This document shows positions 1-12,430 of a DNA stretch of 64,000 nucleotides, one piece after another (position 1 is the first letter of the stretch; each line of letters begins with the position of its first letter). Under the pieces are notes generated by a model. The model did not search any database and was not told the DNA's origin. It saw only the letters and a list, made by a program, of their open reading frames with translations. Both the position numbers and the translations under genes were made by a program. Where the stretch lies: NCBI GenBank assembly GCA_051362555.1, contig CM120642.1:23808001-23872000 (forward strand). The letters are read 5' to 3'. Source of the DNA: Lingula anatina. Taxonomy: Eukaryota > Animalia > Brachiopoda.

Positions 1-2084
1 TATAGTGGGCAACGGGAAAAAGTGTATATTGTAGCTAAAAAAAATACAAATATCTACATACCAATGTTGCAATAAAATTCAGTTTGGAAATTTATAGACA
101 TTCAGTTTGTCCAAAATGGATTGTTTTTATTTCTGCTTTCTTTTCACGAATCTTTTGAGTTGAATTAAATACCAGTTAAATTTGTCATAATACAGAAAAC
201 GTGGCTAAATAAAAAAAAAAGATACTTAGGATTTTTTTTTCTCCTTAGCTGCGATCGAAACTTAAACTGTTTTGTGGTTTTGTAGTACATGTCATGGAAT
301 TAATTGTCCATTTGAGGTTTTCTAAAGTTTAAGTATTCAACTCCGAGACGTTCACCTGGTATATGCGTGCACTTGGCGTAGGTTTATGTACTTTTAAATC
401 ATGGCTGTGGTTATGCACCGTGTGTCTTACTTTCGTCCACTAAAATTGTGTAAATCAGAGTTTTTTTACAATATCCAACCAACGCCGAGTTAAAATTGAG
501 ATACCGTTTGTTTGACGTATTTAGAATAATTTAATAAATGCTTCTAAGCCCATTTCAACGAGTCGCCAATTATGAAGAATTGAAGATATCAACCGTTATT
601 GCTGATACAGGTGTAAATATGTATAATTATGATTAGCCGAAACAAGAGAGAATAAAAGAAAGGGAAAGAAACTAATGACTGCCAAGCATCTGTGTAGATA
701 ATTGAAATAAATACATTTAATCATGTCAAAAATAGCATGATATTATGTATGGCATAAGCAACCGGTAAGGAGCAATTTTCAAACGATCTCAGCAGCATTT
801 ATTGTTAAAACTTTCATTTATTCATATCTGATTTTTCTGTCAAACACAAGAAAAACGTTAGTTGCCCTAGGTAATATTTCTAAGATCATAATGTCGCAAG
901 AACTTAAATGGTCATATTTTTTTCTTTGTCAAATGTATTAAAATATTTTGGATGTGTTTATTGGGTAAATAACCATACATATATATGTATAAGTAACATA
1001 GGTGGCTTTTGCCACTTAAAAAAATCATTGACCAGTTTGAACTTTGTCGCTTAAAATGCTCCTGATTTTTAGGCAAAGTTCTCTACAAAAGAGAAGGCGA
1101 GAAAGATTAATTAAATTATATGAGCTCCACTTATCTTTCCTTTCAACTCGTTATTTTATCAGCTTCTTGATATATTTTGAAAATTATATAATATTCTACT
1201 AAACTACAAATCTGTGTTCATTTTACAATGTTTTTGTATATGTACAGTAATAGTATATATACATATACTATACATATACAAAACATTGTATATGTACAGT
1301 ATATAATCTATAAAATCTTGACGTGTGTCATGGTGTATTCTGAAAAAAAAAGATAATATGTATATTTTTGGAAGGGGATGGGCGAAGATGAAATATGACA
1401 AAGGGATATGTATGCCTATTCAAGTCAAGGGTGGCGTCCATCTTTTCCTCAAAGCAAGATTTCTAGCCCAGATAAGTAAGGGTTGTTGACTCTTATTTAA
1501 CCTGGGAAATGTCCGTAATTTTTTTTTAATTTAGCGCGCGCGATATTCCTTTTCAAAGACAGCGGAGGAAGGTTTTTATCATCAAAATAAACGGCGCTTT
1601 TGTGAGTGATTATGAGTTAACATAAATCTGTCACTTTTACTTATTTCAACTAATCCGATTGTAAAAAAAATTAAGCAAATAAAAAGCACAAAAAATGGAG
1701 ATAACTCAAGGAGGCAAATGATAATGGCAGGGGATGTCTCTGGCCCTCTATTTGTGACTGATAACCATCGGATGACTTAGATTTGCCATATCAACAACTC
1801 TATCTGTATTGGTTGTAAATTTAAAAAAAAAAATACCAGAGAGATCAAGATTAAGCTTGGAGGGCCACAGTATCATGTGATGACGATGAATTCCGTTCTG
1901 GCGGAACTAATTTCTATTTACAAAAAAAAAACTATTTTGGATACAATGATTGATCGAGGGGGTAAAAAGGACAGATGGGAGTTTCCATTAAGATAAAACT
2001 ATTAAAATCCGTAAAAGCGTATTTGGTGCTAATACTGATAAAGTGCTCCTTTAAATAAAGTAGAGGGGTCACTCATTAATCGTG

Positions 2085-2091
2085 TATAAAG
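2085..2091 (+). promoter_or_regulatory. Candidate TATA box for NR6A
   Basis: TATAAAG about 65 nt upstream of the candidate ATG at 2153; motif match only. Confidence 0.25.
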
Positions 2092-2152
2092 TGGTAGCTT
2101 CATAATAAGGATACGTGTACTACGTGTCAATCTCCTTCCAGTGCTGCAGACG

Positions 2153-2207
2153 ATGCCGGAGGGAGCTGAGTTACAGCATTTTGACATCAATTTAGTAGAC
2201 GCTGATA
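2153..2207 (+). CDS. Candidate first coding exon of NR6A (MPEGAELQHFDINLVDAD, phase 1)
   Basis: ATG at 2153 lies downstream of TATAAA (2085-2090). The 55-nt exon ends in phase 1, matching the acceptor at 5290. The donor GTAAAA is weak and no homology is recognised. Confidence 0.3.
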
Positions 2208-4985
2208 GTAAAAATAGGCCTTCATTTATTTAACAAAGCACCGTTTTGTCACGCGGTTGCAGGTGTAGCGGGATGAAATAAAAGATTTGTTGATCTTTTG
2301 ACAGACTGTTGGATAGCTGTAAAGGCTTAAGCAGTGATAAAAGTCATCTTCCTTAATGATAAAATTAAAGTAAAAAAAGGCCGAAGTAATATTTGACTAG
2401 ACCAGTGGAACATGAGTTGTACTGCCGTCAGCGTAATAGCCGGTAGCAGTAGTCGTTCTAAAATATAGTAAAACCAAATGGTAATTCATTTGCCGGCATT
2501 TTTTTCTACGCCATTTGCATATTCCAAATTGCAGCCAAGGCACAAAAAAATTCAAAAAATGTCTAAAATGTAAAGATCTGTATCATCAGTTGGCATCCCA
2601 ATACGTTAAGCACGCCAGCAGCGGTCAGTCCCACGTTAATGGTGAACAGTGACCACCCCAATTGCTCCACGGTCATTTCAAGTTCTGCCAGCACGTGATA
2701 AAGTACATCCACAAGTATTTACCCATGGACTTCACCGGGCATACCCCGGGCAGGGGGGAAGATACCCCGGGTAATGACTTTATCTACACGAAGGCATGAG
2801 AACATTATCTACGCTACGGGGCAATTTGGTTGTCAAAAAAGCGACCAACGGACCCACTTTGTTTTTTTATTTTGATCGGAATCACATATATAAGGAAAAT
2901 TATAATGGTAATGTTTGTTGATGTATGTTGTGTGTTTTAGTAACATGTTCCGCGATAATACCCTTACACGGCTGCAGATCTTGATAAGTGGAATAATGGA
3001 AGGGCAGTTATTGTCAGGTTAATTTCCAATGTCCGTCCCATAGCTGCAAAAACAGGTGGTCAATTTCAGTGTCGTCAACTTCGCGTGACACGCCATGTAA
3101 GGTTGATGACTGTCGACTGCGATTTAACTAACGTCCTGAATTTAGAGAATAATAAAAACAAAATGCAGTGGACAAGAAATGAAAAATGACCCGGAGCTAA
3201 ACAATATATTTTAAGCAAAGACAATAATAACAACAGCAACCGTACAGAAACGTATACATATTCACAGTTTGGAGATGAAGTTCTGCCTTTAATTGATTAT
3301 GAGAAGTTTAAAGATTCCCCGTCCTTAATAGCTTTATATCCCAAATTCAAGAAACATACATTTTTTAATGTAGAACGTGCCGTTCCAATGCTTACCAAAC
3401 TTGCCCGTTTCCAATAATGAAAAGATAAAAAAATATAGCTTACATTCTTATATTAATCGATTCTGAACATGCAGTACATATTTTCATTATGTTCAATTTC
3501 AATATTTCCTGTTTCATTCAGCTTCGGTTCTGTTTTCGAACACATTTTATAGCGGAGTATTTAAATTACGTGTGAACCGAACTTATGTATATTTGAGACA
3601 ATTGTATCGCTCCAATTTTAAAACTCGTTATTTCCTTTGAAAAAAGCAAGGAAGAAAAAACGACATCCCTTATTACAGATTTCTTCAGTCCAGTTCAATT
3701 CATATTACACTAGTACAGTGTACTTTTGATTTTCTGAAAAATTTTCACCAATACAGAGCACCGGAATTTCATTATAGAGTTTTAAAAAAATCTGCGTGTC
3801 GGCGCGTTCGAGTACTAGGATGGCATCGAGTTACTGGCACGTACCAGTATATATGGCAGGTGGAACGCAAACTGATTGTATTTGTTACGCCAGGTTATGA
3901 CAAAGCTGTACTAAATCTTAGTTTGAAAGGTAATTGAACAAGACTTCACGCCTTAACAAAAGCCATCATGTCACCCGTAGTAATGAGAGCTTCCTTTAGA
4001 ACTAACGACATAACATTAGCTTTGACTTCTACAATGTTCCTTGCTGTCAGTCCATCTGTTTACCTTAAAAACCGTCTGCGGGGTTCCTTGCGTAAATTCA
4101 AAGCTAGGCAGACAAAACAGGTGGAACTAGATTAAGCCATTATTTTACAGCATGATCACGTACGGGCTGATGATCGTTAGGCGAATGGCTTTGAGAAGTT
4201 TTTTTTATCGAGCACAAGGTTGACCACAATTAACAACACATTTATCTTTCACAGCTACTCGAGAAAGCAAATGTTATGAATCAACTGGTGATTCTATTTT
4301 AACGTTTTGTTTCAGAAACGAATTGTCTGTTTAGAGGCTTAATTGGCCACTTGCGGGAGGACTCGATATGAAAATAACGAAGGAGTTATTGGACGTTTAC
4401 AATCTGATTATTCTACGCGTTTGTATTTCTACCCTCTTTGACAAATTTGCAGAAAAATTGCACATGCATGTGTATGAGATCTGTAGACCAAGGAACTTTT
4501 TGAAAGATGTCTATTCTTTAAAGTTAAAACTTTAAAGAAAACAAACCACAGTTTCTTAGATTTAAAAATCATAAAAACTATGCCAAGATTTCTATTCTGA
4601 CAGAAAGTTATGTAAAAGAGTGACAATAAAATTTTATTTTGCTTGAGCTTTGATTGTATACGCTGCATTTTACTTTGATTTTTAAAAAAGAACCTTGATA
4701 AAAAAAATCACGTTGTTTTTCTTGGGATGTGCAAGGGTGCTCTGTTAATGCCTTAGGAACTGGGTCCCTGGGGACGTGTGTTTTGACGGTACCCCTTAGT
4801 TCAGGGCACAAAATAGATAAATTCAAAAAATAGAAATGCTTCTCTCTTATATTAAGTTCGGTGACCAAATATCTCTATCGCCATAACGAGAACTTAAGTA
4901 AGCAAATGCAAATGAGGTTAAAAAAGAAAGAAATCCGGTTGAGGTGTCTGGCCTCGTATCACGAGCTGAGTCCATTTCCGTCATA

Positions 4986-5163
4986 GAGCGCATTCAGAAG
5001 AGCCGACTAACAGATCCGCGGATCAAATATGGACAACCCACTTGAATGCTTGTTGCGGGGAACGTATTCAGTGTCTAACTAAATGGGGAATTAAGTGGCA
5101 AGCTTTTAAGCTGGTCGCCATATTGATCCGCGGAATTGCTAATCCGCTGTCCTGAATGCGCTC
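4986..5163. mobile_element. Hairpin MITE, family A
   Basis: TIR GAGCGCATTCAG...CTGAATGCGCTC; internal arms with GATCAAATATGG / CCATATTGATC. Confidence 0.8.
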
Positions 5164-5289
5164 ATAGGTCCCCCCCCCCCCCCCCCCCCCGTACACATGT
5201 AATAATCGACCATCACATTTTTGCATGGCAAGAGGTCCACATAAATAAGAAATAATGAAAGTGACGTTGTCTCTATTTTTTTATTTCAG

Positions 5290-5415
5290 ACTTGATAGAC
5301 GGCAAGCGCACGAAGGATGTTGACGAGGAGGATGAGGAGGAACGCTCCTGTGCCGTCTGTCATGACAGGGCCACGGGACTGCACTATGGCGTCATGTCGT
5401 GTGAGGGATGCAAAG
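5290..5415 (+). CDS. NR6A1: NR6A exon, zinc finger 1
   Basis: tttcag acceptor; [41 protein letters not shown]; G|gtgag donor. Confidence 0.93.
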
Positions 5416-8400
5416 GTGAGAAGGCTGCATTAGGCAGTTAGTAAAAAAGGAAGTCTGGATTTATTTCTTTACTTTTTTAATTATTCATCGTCTATTTTTA
5501 AAATACAAATATGCACACACCCACGCATAGATCCACGCAGACTGATTATACATATTCCATTATCACTAAAGCACAAGTATCAAATTACCTGTATATAAAA
5601 ATCTTGTAACAAATGTATAGATAAATGAGTCAGTCGTAAAAAGATGTGTTTTGTTTCTTTGGGGAAAAGAAAGGACATCTGGGTTGAACATGACGAAAAA
5701 AGTGTCTTTGGTATCCGTAACTTGATAGTTTTGGAATAAACTCTGATTTCTTTTCCTGTAATAAAAATATTTTTAAGGATTACTGTAAGCCTCACTGCAC
5801 TTCCTAATGTTATTCTATGTTTTCAATATTTAAAAAGGCATACATGTCCCACCAAAATAAGATCGCTCTGTGAGCAAGTAGCATGGGATTTGTGACGTGA
5901 AAAATGAAGGGGAGCAAATGTTTCGAATCCTTCACATTGCTACGTAATCAACACTACTACATAAAAACGTAATATTTGTTATAGTTCTCTTTATGTAACT
6001 GATTAAGATCATTTTAAGTCCAAATCTGCATATTTTGATTTCAGGATTTTTCATGCGTTCCGTGCTCCATCGGGCTGTGTATAAGTGTAGGAATCACGAA
6101 GGGTGCATCATGAGCAAGCGCACCAGAAACAGGTGCCAGTACTGCCGTCTGCTTCAATGTCTTAAAGTCGGAATGAACGTCAAAGGTAAATTTTAGCGTT
6201 TATTTGTCTACCTAGTATGAAGAACGTATCTGAACTCTGGTACTGCTTTTCGGAATCCATCATACGATCGCGTGAATACGTCAAATCAGTGGAAATATCC
6301 TGTTGTGGGAAATATTTTTTTTTCATCAAATGGTAAACAAAATGTAAATTGAGAGCTTTTCTTGCAGCTACATATCAAAAGCAATCTGCTATAATTTGCA
6401 AAAAGTGAAGGTCGATCTTCCAAGGGTGTTTATGTCCTTCATTTTATGCACTGTCACTTTTTCAAAATCCCTTCATAGGCCTTATAAACGGATTGGGCGT
6501 TTGCGAACTCGAACCTCAGTTTGTGAGTACGAATGCCGAAATTTATGACTGTTACGCCGCAGGTGGTGTTTTTGTTCCTTTCTCATCACTTTAGTTTTGC
6601 GTGTGCCTGTACATTTGTCAAAAAAAGCGATTTGTTTGTTAAATTTTATAACATTTTTACTCTGACTGAATAACACGAAAACATAACATGTGTGATGGAT
6701 CTTGGCTACTCACATAATAAAATGGATGGTGGCAATCAAACTGTCATATCCGTGTAAAATTTATATATTTGACCCATTTGTGTTTGATTGACGTAACAAA
6801 TGTTTTGGATCGGAGGGATAAAACTGTTTTTAAGATATTTTGTTAAAGTAAAGCTAAATTCACAGATATACCACGTTTATATTTTTAAAATATGCTATAT
6901 TGCCATTCACTGGCAGTTACAAGATATAGCAAAAAAAAAGGGGGGAGCATGGCCAACAGTAAGCTACAGCATAGACTGTTTCTCATTAATGTGGAGACAT
7001 GTACGTTAAAAGACAATGCTCTTGTAAAACTCAAAACTGATATATCTGTTACCAGCGCGAAGAATGCAAAATCGACTTTTTCACTGCATCATTACATTAG
7101 GTGTCAGTCTGATAAAGTTTTAAGTATTGTCCATTTTCGTTGACATAGACTTGCCATCAAATATGATCTTGAGATGAAGTTGGCACAACTTAACAATGGC
7201 AAACCCCTTGTAAAATTGATAAAAATGTCATGACCTGGTCATTTTCTTTCAAAGATTGACTTGAACTTTTGACCGTCTTGGATAAAAAAAAGTCGGAAAT
7301 AACTTTTACAGTGTAGATAATTTGCGATGAAGTTTTCAATGAATAAAAAAGTCTTCCATTATTAAGTGATTTTTAATGATTAGTGCCTTTTATAACATCA
7401 CCGTAGCGCTAAATTCAAAATCCAATCTTCTTCGCGCTCTAACAGAGAACTTGTAGTCTCTCTTTCTATCTAGTGCATATTTCGACCTTGAACATGATTA
7501 CATCTTTCTGAATTCTGAAATATGGCCAGCAATAACACACCCACTACCATGCACTTTAGGGTTAAACATTCCCTAAAGTTACGCCCGTGGATTAAAAAAA
7601 CAGGGTTTTTAAAACCCGGTCAAGATTCTTTTAGAATTTAGACAAACCTTGTTCAAAATGTCCTTAAAGTTGTAAACTGTCAGCCCGTCCAGATTAAAAA
7701 TTTGGTTATTGACTTACCGTTTTTGAATAATTTAAAATTCAAATATTGATCCGTGTTTTTATCAAAAATCTTGCTCTCTCTTCAGCCATCCGAGAAGACC
7801 GGATGCCAGGAGGTAGGACAAGACACACAGGGGCAGTGAAGGTATATATCAGTCCCATATCAAAGCCTGTAGACATACAACTTTAGAGGCGGAATTATTA
7901 TTAATATTATATTTTATTATTATCATTATGCCATAGTCCAAATCGAAATTTCTACACACGTGCCTTTCATAAATAAAGATCAGTCTAATACACTGTTTCT
8001 TTGGTTTGTCATTTTTACGTTAAAGGGCCAAGGGCGTCTTTCACTGTCTTTATTATCATGTTGAAGATTTTTTTTCATCATTTTCAGTATTCCTCAGAAT
8101 GTATATCTCGCATCTTAAAGGGTGACTACTCTGATCCAGGTGATAGCGGCATATTTGCGCCCAGTGGGTACTTTCCCTTGTCACCTCACGTTATGGAGCC
8201 GCACGTAAGTTTGGAACCGCCTGTATCCTAAGTTCCTTCACTTTCCACTTAATGGCCTTTACGTACGTCATTTTGTAACAATCACAACTGCCTTTAAATG
8301 TCGCCTCTGACCGTGAACGTTTTCAACAACTACATTCATTTCCAAACCACCCCGTTAATATTAAGATCACTAAAAGCACAAAGTTTTATCCATTTTTGAA

Positions 8401-9768
8401 GCCATATAAATAAGTGTGTCAGCAATTTCACACAAAGTATAGCACAAATGTCTGTTACAGCTTTCAAGGTTCCCCAGGATTGGCCCATCATCAGTGTTTT
8501 GCCCTGGGATTCCCCGTCATTGTATACCGTGCACGCCACCAGCCCTATGGAATCACCCTGGTCTATGGACATACAGTCGCCCCTGGCTTGACCCCATGCA
8601 CCCCGGACAGATACCCGACATCAGTCGCTTCAGTGCCGCTGGCCAACCATGGTCGCTGCTGGCGCCCTCTTCACTTGGGGAAACGCATCTCCCGCCTTAT
8701 GGACATAGAGTGTTGCTGGATGCAGAAAAGGCAACGCTGGCTGCAATGGAATTTGAAAAGAGACGTTTAACAGATGCCAGGGATAGGTGCAGGAACCTTC
8801 ACATGCTCTCCGAGTTATCTCGACAGCGTGACAGCCACCTGAAGGATGCAGTGACAATTAAAAAAGAACCCGAGTGCGTTCAAGATTCACAGTGTGGCGT
8901 TTCCAACGTAGATGATGAACAAGAACATAAACAGACTGTGTTGAGGTTTTCAGAGATCATAGTTTCATTGTGTAACGTTCACTCGGAGTGGATCAAACGA
9001 CAGCCCATTCTTGACAAACTGACCTCAGAGGAGGTAGCCATTTTGACAACCAAGTCTTTCTTTTCTGTGACAATAATAACGGCGCTGATCTCTGGCGAAA
9101 AATATTTCCTTTCCCGACTGGCTCAGCTGTTGCAAACCTATGTTATTCCAACGAGATACCAGACCCAGGAGTCCAGAATGTTTTGCAAAAAACTGCTGAC
9201 TCTCTGCAAACATCTACTGGATTTAAGGCTTTCCTCTGAAGAATGGGCGGTCCTGAAGAGCTTTTGCTTCTTAAGGCAAAGTAAGTACTGGTATAAATAA
9301 GTCGATATGTTTCACACCCCAAACGAGGAAGCACGTTTGCTTCACCCTAAGTGGCGAAAAGTACCGCAAAAGCGTACCCAGTCGAGGTCCTAAAACAATA
9401 AGCCGGTTTTGTCTAAAGTAGCAGCAACCGATAAATGCTTTACTTTTTTTCGTCCATGATTCTAGTAATATCAGTATTAGATCTAAATAATTCACATATT
9501 GTATCATATCATATCACATTATATATTTTCAGACATCCTTATATCGCATCACCTGACGGAGACCGAGCGTTTAGCCAATCATTTTACCCAAGTCCTTCAC
9601 TACCTGTCCAGTTCGGTCACTCTTCAGCCGGCCACACGTGTACAAGCCATGCTGGACGTCCTCGAGCCACTGAAGGTGGTCGGAGAAAACCTCAGTGAAT
9701 ATCCTCTGGAACAACTGCCGTCGATCTTCAAACAGCTTCTGTTACATCCGGTAGAGGATGCCAAATGA
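5290..9768 (+). CDS. NR6A1: GCNF-type nuclear receptor NR6A, spliced gene; coding exons 5290-5415, 6045-6185, 7786-7841, 8088-8204, 8461-9280, 9533-9768; upstream first exon not certain
   Basis: All introns are GT-AG and phase compatible (1,1,0,0,1). [31 protein letters not shown]...[51 protein letters not shown] resembles GCNF AIREDGMPGGRNKSIGPVQISEEEIERIMSG. C-terminus [16 protein letters not shown] resembles GCNF VPLEQLPLLFKVVLH. Confidence 0.9.
6045..6185 (+). CDS. NR6A1: NR6A exon, zinc finger 2 (141 nt)
   Basis: tttcag acceptor; [46 protein letters not shown]; G|gtaaa donor. Confidence 0.93.
7786..7841 (+). CDS. NR6A1: NR6A exon, C-terminal extension of the DBD
   Basis: Pyrimidine tract plus cag; [19 protein letters not shown]; |gtata donor. 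Confidence 0.9.
8088..8204 (+). CDS. NR6A1: NR6A exon, CTE/hinge
   Basis: ttttcag acceptor; [18 protein letters not shown]...MEPH; perfect gtaagt donor, phase 0. Confidence 0.82.
8461..9280 (+). CDS. NR6A1: NR6A exon, hinge plus most of the ligand-binding domain
   Basis: ttacag acceptor in frame with ORF 8494-9300; [11 protein letters not shown] and [21 protein letters not shown] are LBD signatures; A|gtaagt donor. Confidence 0.88.
9533..9768 (+). CDS. NR6A1: NR6A last coding exon (LBD C-terminus)
   Basis: ttttcag acceptor; ...[47 protein letters not shown]-stop. Confidence 0.9.
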
Positions 9769-9870
9769 GGCGATGAAGTATTGGGATGTTGCCAGGCCAT
9801 TCAGTTAAAAACATCCATCCTGCGTCACATGACAGGAGAACGAGCTCTATGTTTATATACGCGAGACTCC

Positions 9871-9876
9871 AATAAA
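9871..9876 (+). terminator. Candidate polyadenylation signal of NR6A
   Basis: First AATAAA about 100 nt after the stop codon. Confidence 0.4.
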
Positions 9877-10759
9877 TGAAAGGGTATGAGATCCCACGGA
9901 TTGTATATACATGACGTAATAGCACGTCTCCAAACGACCGCTCTATACTAAAATAACAATTAAGGACATTTTGAAATGACTGGAATGGCCATTTGTTGGC
10001 ATCTATATGATTCTGTAAGTGACGACAAACTTTGATATCAGTTTGGCAGTGAACGCAAGTGTGAAATGGCTATCCTTTGATACTATAAGTACAAGCTTTT
10101 CGTTACAAACTACTTGCGGGCCCTGTAGTCAGACAGTCATTTAGTGGCTCGGTGTTTTTAATCTACTTTGTTGCGAACGTTAGCATCCGAGACCTCCTTT
10201 AGAATAACACCATTTTATTTGTCGGGTGTCTGAAAAAGTTTGACAGGTGAACCCATGATAAATGAAACCAAGTAAAAATGTAAAGATGGTATTTAAGAAA
10301 TACTTTGTTATTGCCGTAAAACCATGGATATTCTTACATCAAGATCCCCGAAAAAACATTATGTATGTATGTACGTATGTAAATAATTGTAATGAATTAT
10401 AATAATAAAAATTATAACAATAAATTACAAACCTTAGTATAGTAAGTAAATGGAAAAAAATAAAGGTATGTGCTAGTGTAATGCACAATGCCCGTGCAGT
10501 TGTGTTTCGGGGTTTGGGCTGGTTTTTGGTGTTGAGAAGCAATAAACTGATCCATTTTAAAGACGGTTTCTTTTTCTCTTTAATTTTGTGTAAAAAAAAA
10601 ATATACATTTTTTTGACAAGGTGAACAACTGCACATTGTTTTATGTGTAATAAAAATATTAAATCAATTAACATGGTGAATAATAATCGAGAGGCCATGT
10701 TGGAATTATCTTTTTGTCTCTAATTGGCAATACATGTAGATCTTGAAGATAATCACTCT

Positions 10760-11568
10760 TCATGGTAAGAACTGCCTTATTGTCCCGTTCTGTCCATTTG
10801 TCTTCCCATACTGACTCAACACCACAGTGGTAACTGTCCGCTTGTCATGCAGTTTTACTTTCGGTTCGCTTTCTGAAGTTTCCACCGCATAGCACTCTTC
10901 TGTCACAACCACGCATTTCTTGCGTAGCACCACCCCGCCAAATGAATAAAAAATGGACGATTGGTAACTGTTTGTTGACTTTGTATTAGGAATTATTATA
11001 GATGATGAAAACCTCTCGGGTTCTAAGGTTATTAGGTGTTCAATGGTGCTTTTAAACCATTGATATTTGTCAAATTTCAAGGATTTTTCCGAGTTTCTAT
11101 ATAACGTGATCTCGCTGTTGTGAGATTTGGTTCTAAGTGCTGGACGAAGATACAAATGTTCAATATATGTCAATGGATTCAAATCAGGATCCTTATTGTC
11201 GGGTTCATCATGGAATATATTATTGTTTTCAGTTGCTTGTGCTTTTTTCACTTCGTGGGTCTTTGATTCCCACTTGTAAGGGACATACAATTCGGATGAA
11301 TGACTGCGTACGTCCATTCCCAATTCCCTCATTTTTTCAGCCTGTGTCCTGTAAAAAGAACACGATCTATCATTGACTCAATTATTATGTAAAATGATAT
11401 GGTGGCCTGCATTTCAATCCCCTGTGTTGCATGTTTTGCTTCATTTACTGAAAAAATAATGAGGTGATAATGATTCAAATAAATGCATAACCACATGGTG
11501 GCCAGCAGAACAATAGTGTTGAAAATCAGCGAATCCCCGTTTTGGCTATCCTCTGGTATCAGAGGCAT
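10760..11568 (-). CDS. Candidate orphan gene or pseudogene: 79-aa ORF with a hydrophobic segment (11568-11329) plus a 190-aa ORF (11332-10760), overlapping at ATGA
   Basis: An acceptor-like ttgtag directly precedes the ATG at 11568. One extra A in the A6 run (11337-11332) would fuse the ORFs into about 269 aa. No homology recognised. Confidence 0.45.
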
Positions 11569-12286
11569 CTACAACAGTATAGGCCTACAAGATTAAAGTA
11601 TATGAGCTATAATAATTTTGTAACAGACTACTAGCCAAAGTGTACGTTTTGGAATTATCATGTCATTAACTACATGTAGAGATAAAAATGAAAACTTAAA
11701 ACCGTAATCGCGCCAATAATTGTATTCCCTCTCGTTAGTAGTAGCAATAAATGCTAGGTCTATCAGTATAAACATCACGGCTAATACTAATAGCCCACAT
11801 TTGTGCCTTAATACAGTTATCATTTAAAGTACCAATACAGAGAGAGAGATACCTTTGTCACCTTGCGATAAATCCTATGTAGGCCTACCTATCTACGCCA
11901 CTAACAGAGTGGCGGCTTTACGACACAATCTGTTTTCAACGATTTGCTCCGAGCCGACTTTCTGTCAAGCTTACAACAGGACCTTTGTGTTTTAACAGTG
12001 CGGTTCATGCTATATCGCTGGCACATTACCCTGTTTTAGTCTAGACCACATTCCTCTGTGTTTTCTTTTATCAAAATTTGTGTGGAATACAAAATTCCCA
12101 AACAAAACCTAATAAAGAAAGGGCTAAAGGCTTTGCAAACAATGTGAATGACACTGCAGACTGCTTGTCCGAATGGGCTTTGAGACATTTATTGGTTCCC
12201 TGACTTCAAATGACTACAACAGTTATACAAAGGGATAAAGTTTTGTTTGTAAATATTCCAGTCACGCCCAAACCGCGGCCTCTTAC

Positions 12287-12430
12287 TATTGCGTTATCGT
12301 TCCTAATCTTTTGATTTGTCGCGCGCACTCAATTAGATAGATGCGTTGTATGGTTATAAAGTTATTGTTATCGTTCCGAATCGTTTGATTTGTCGCAGGC
12401 TCTCAATTAGCTAGGTTTGTTGTATGGTAG
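12287..12430 (+). repeat. Two-copy imperfect tandem repeat (~74 bp unit)
   Basis: ttatcgttcc.aatc.tttgatttgtcgc...tcaattag.tag...gttgtatggt repeated twice. Confidence 0.75.

Noticed and set aside
7200-7500. TCAAGGTCG (reverse of 7483-7491) and other TGACC motifs as NR5A/GCNF cross-regulatory sites
   Set aside because: A single 9-mer match among degenerate TGACCTTG-type repeat remnants; expected by chance in 64 kb.
5416-9532. An intronic microRNA analogous to miR-181 in vertebrate NR6A1
   Set aside because: No recognisable mature miRNA sequence or pre-miRNA-sized hairpin seen.
11593-11823. 76-aa hydrophobic minus-strand ORF
   Set aside because: It lies inside the predicted intron of the orphan gene, and its hydrophobicity is explained by AT richness.
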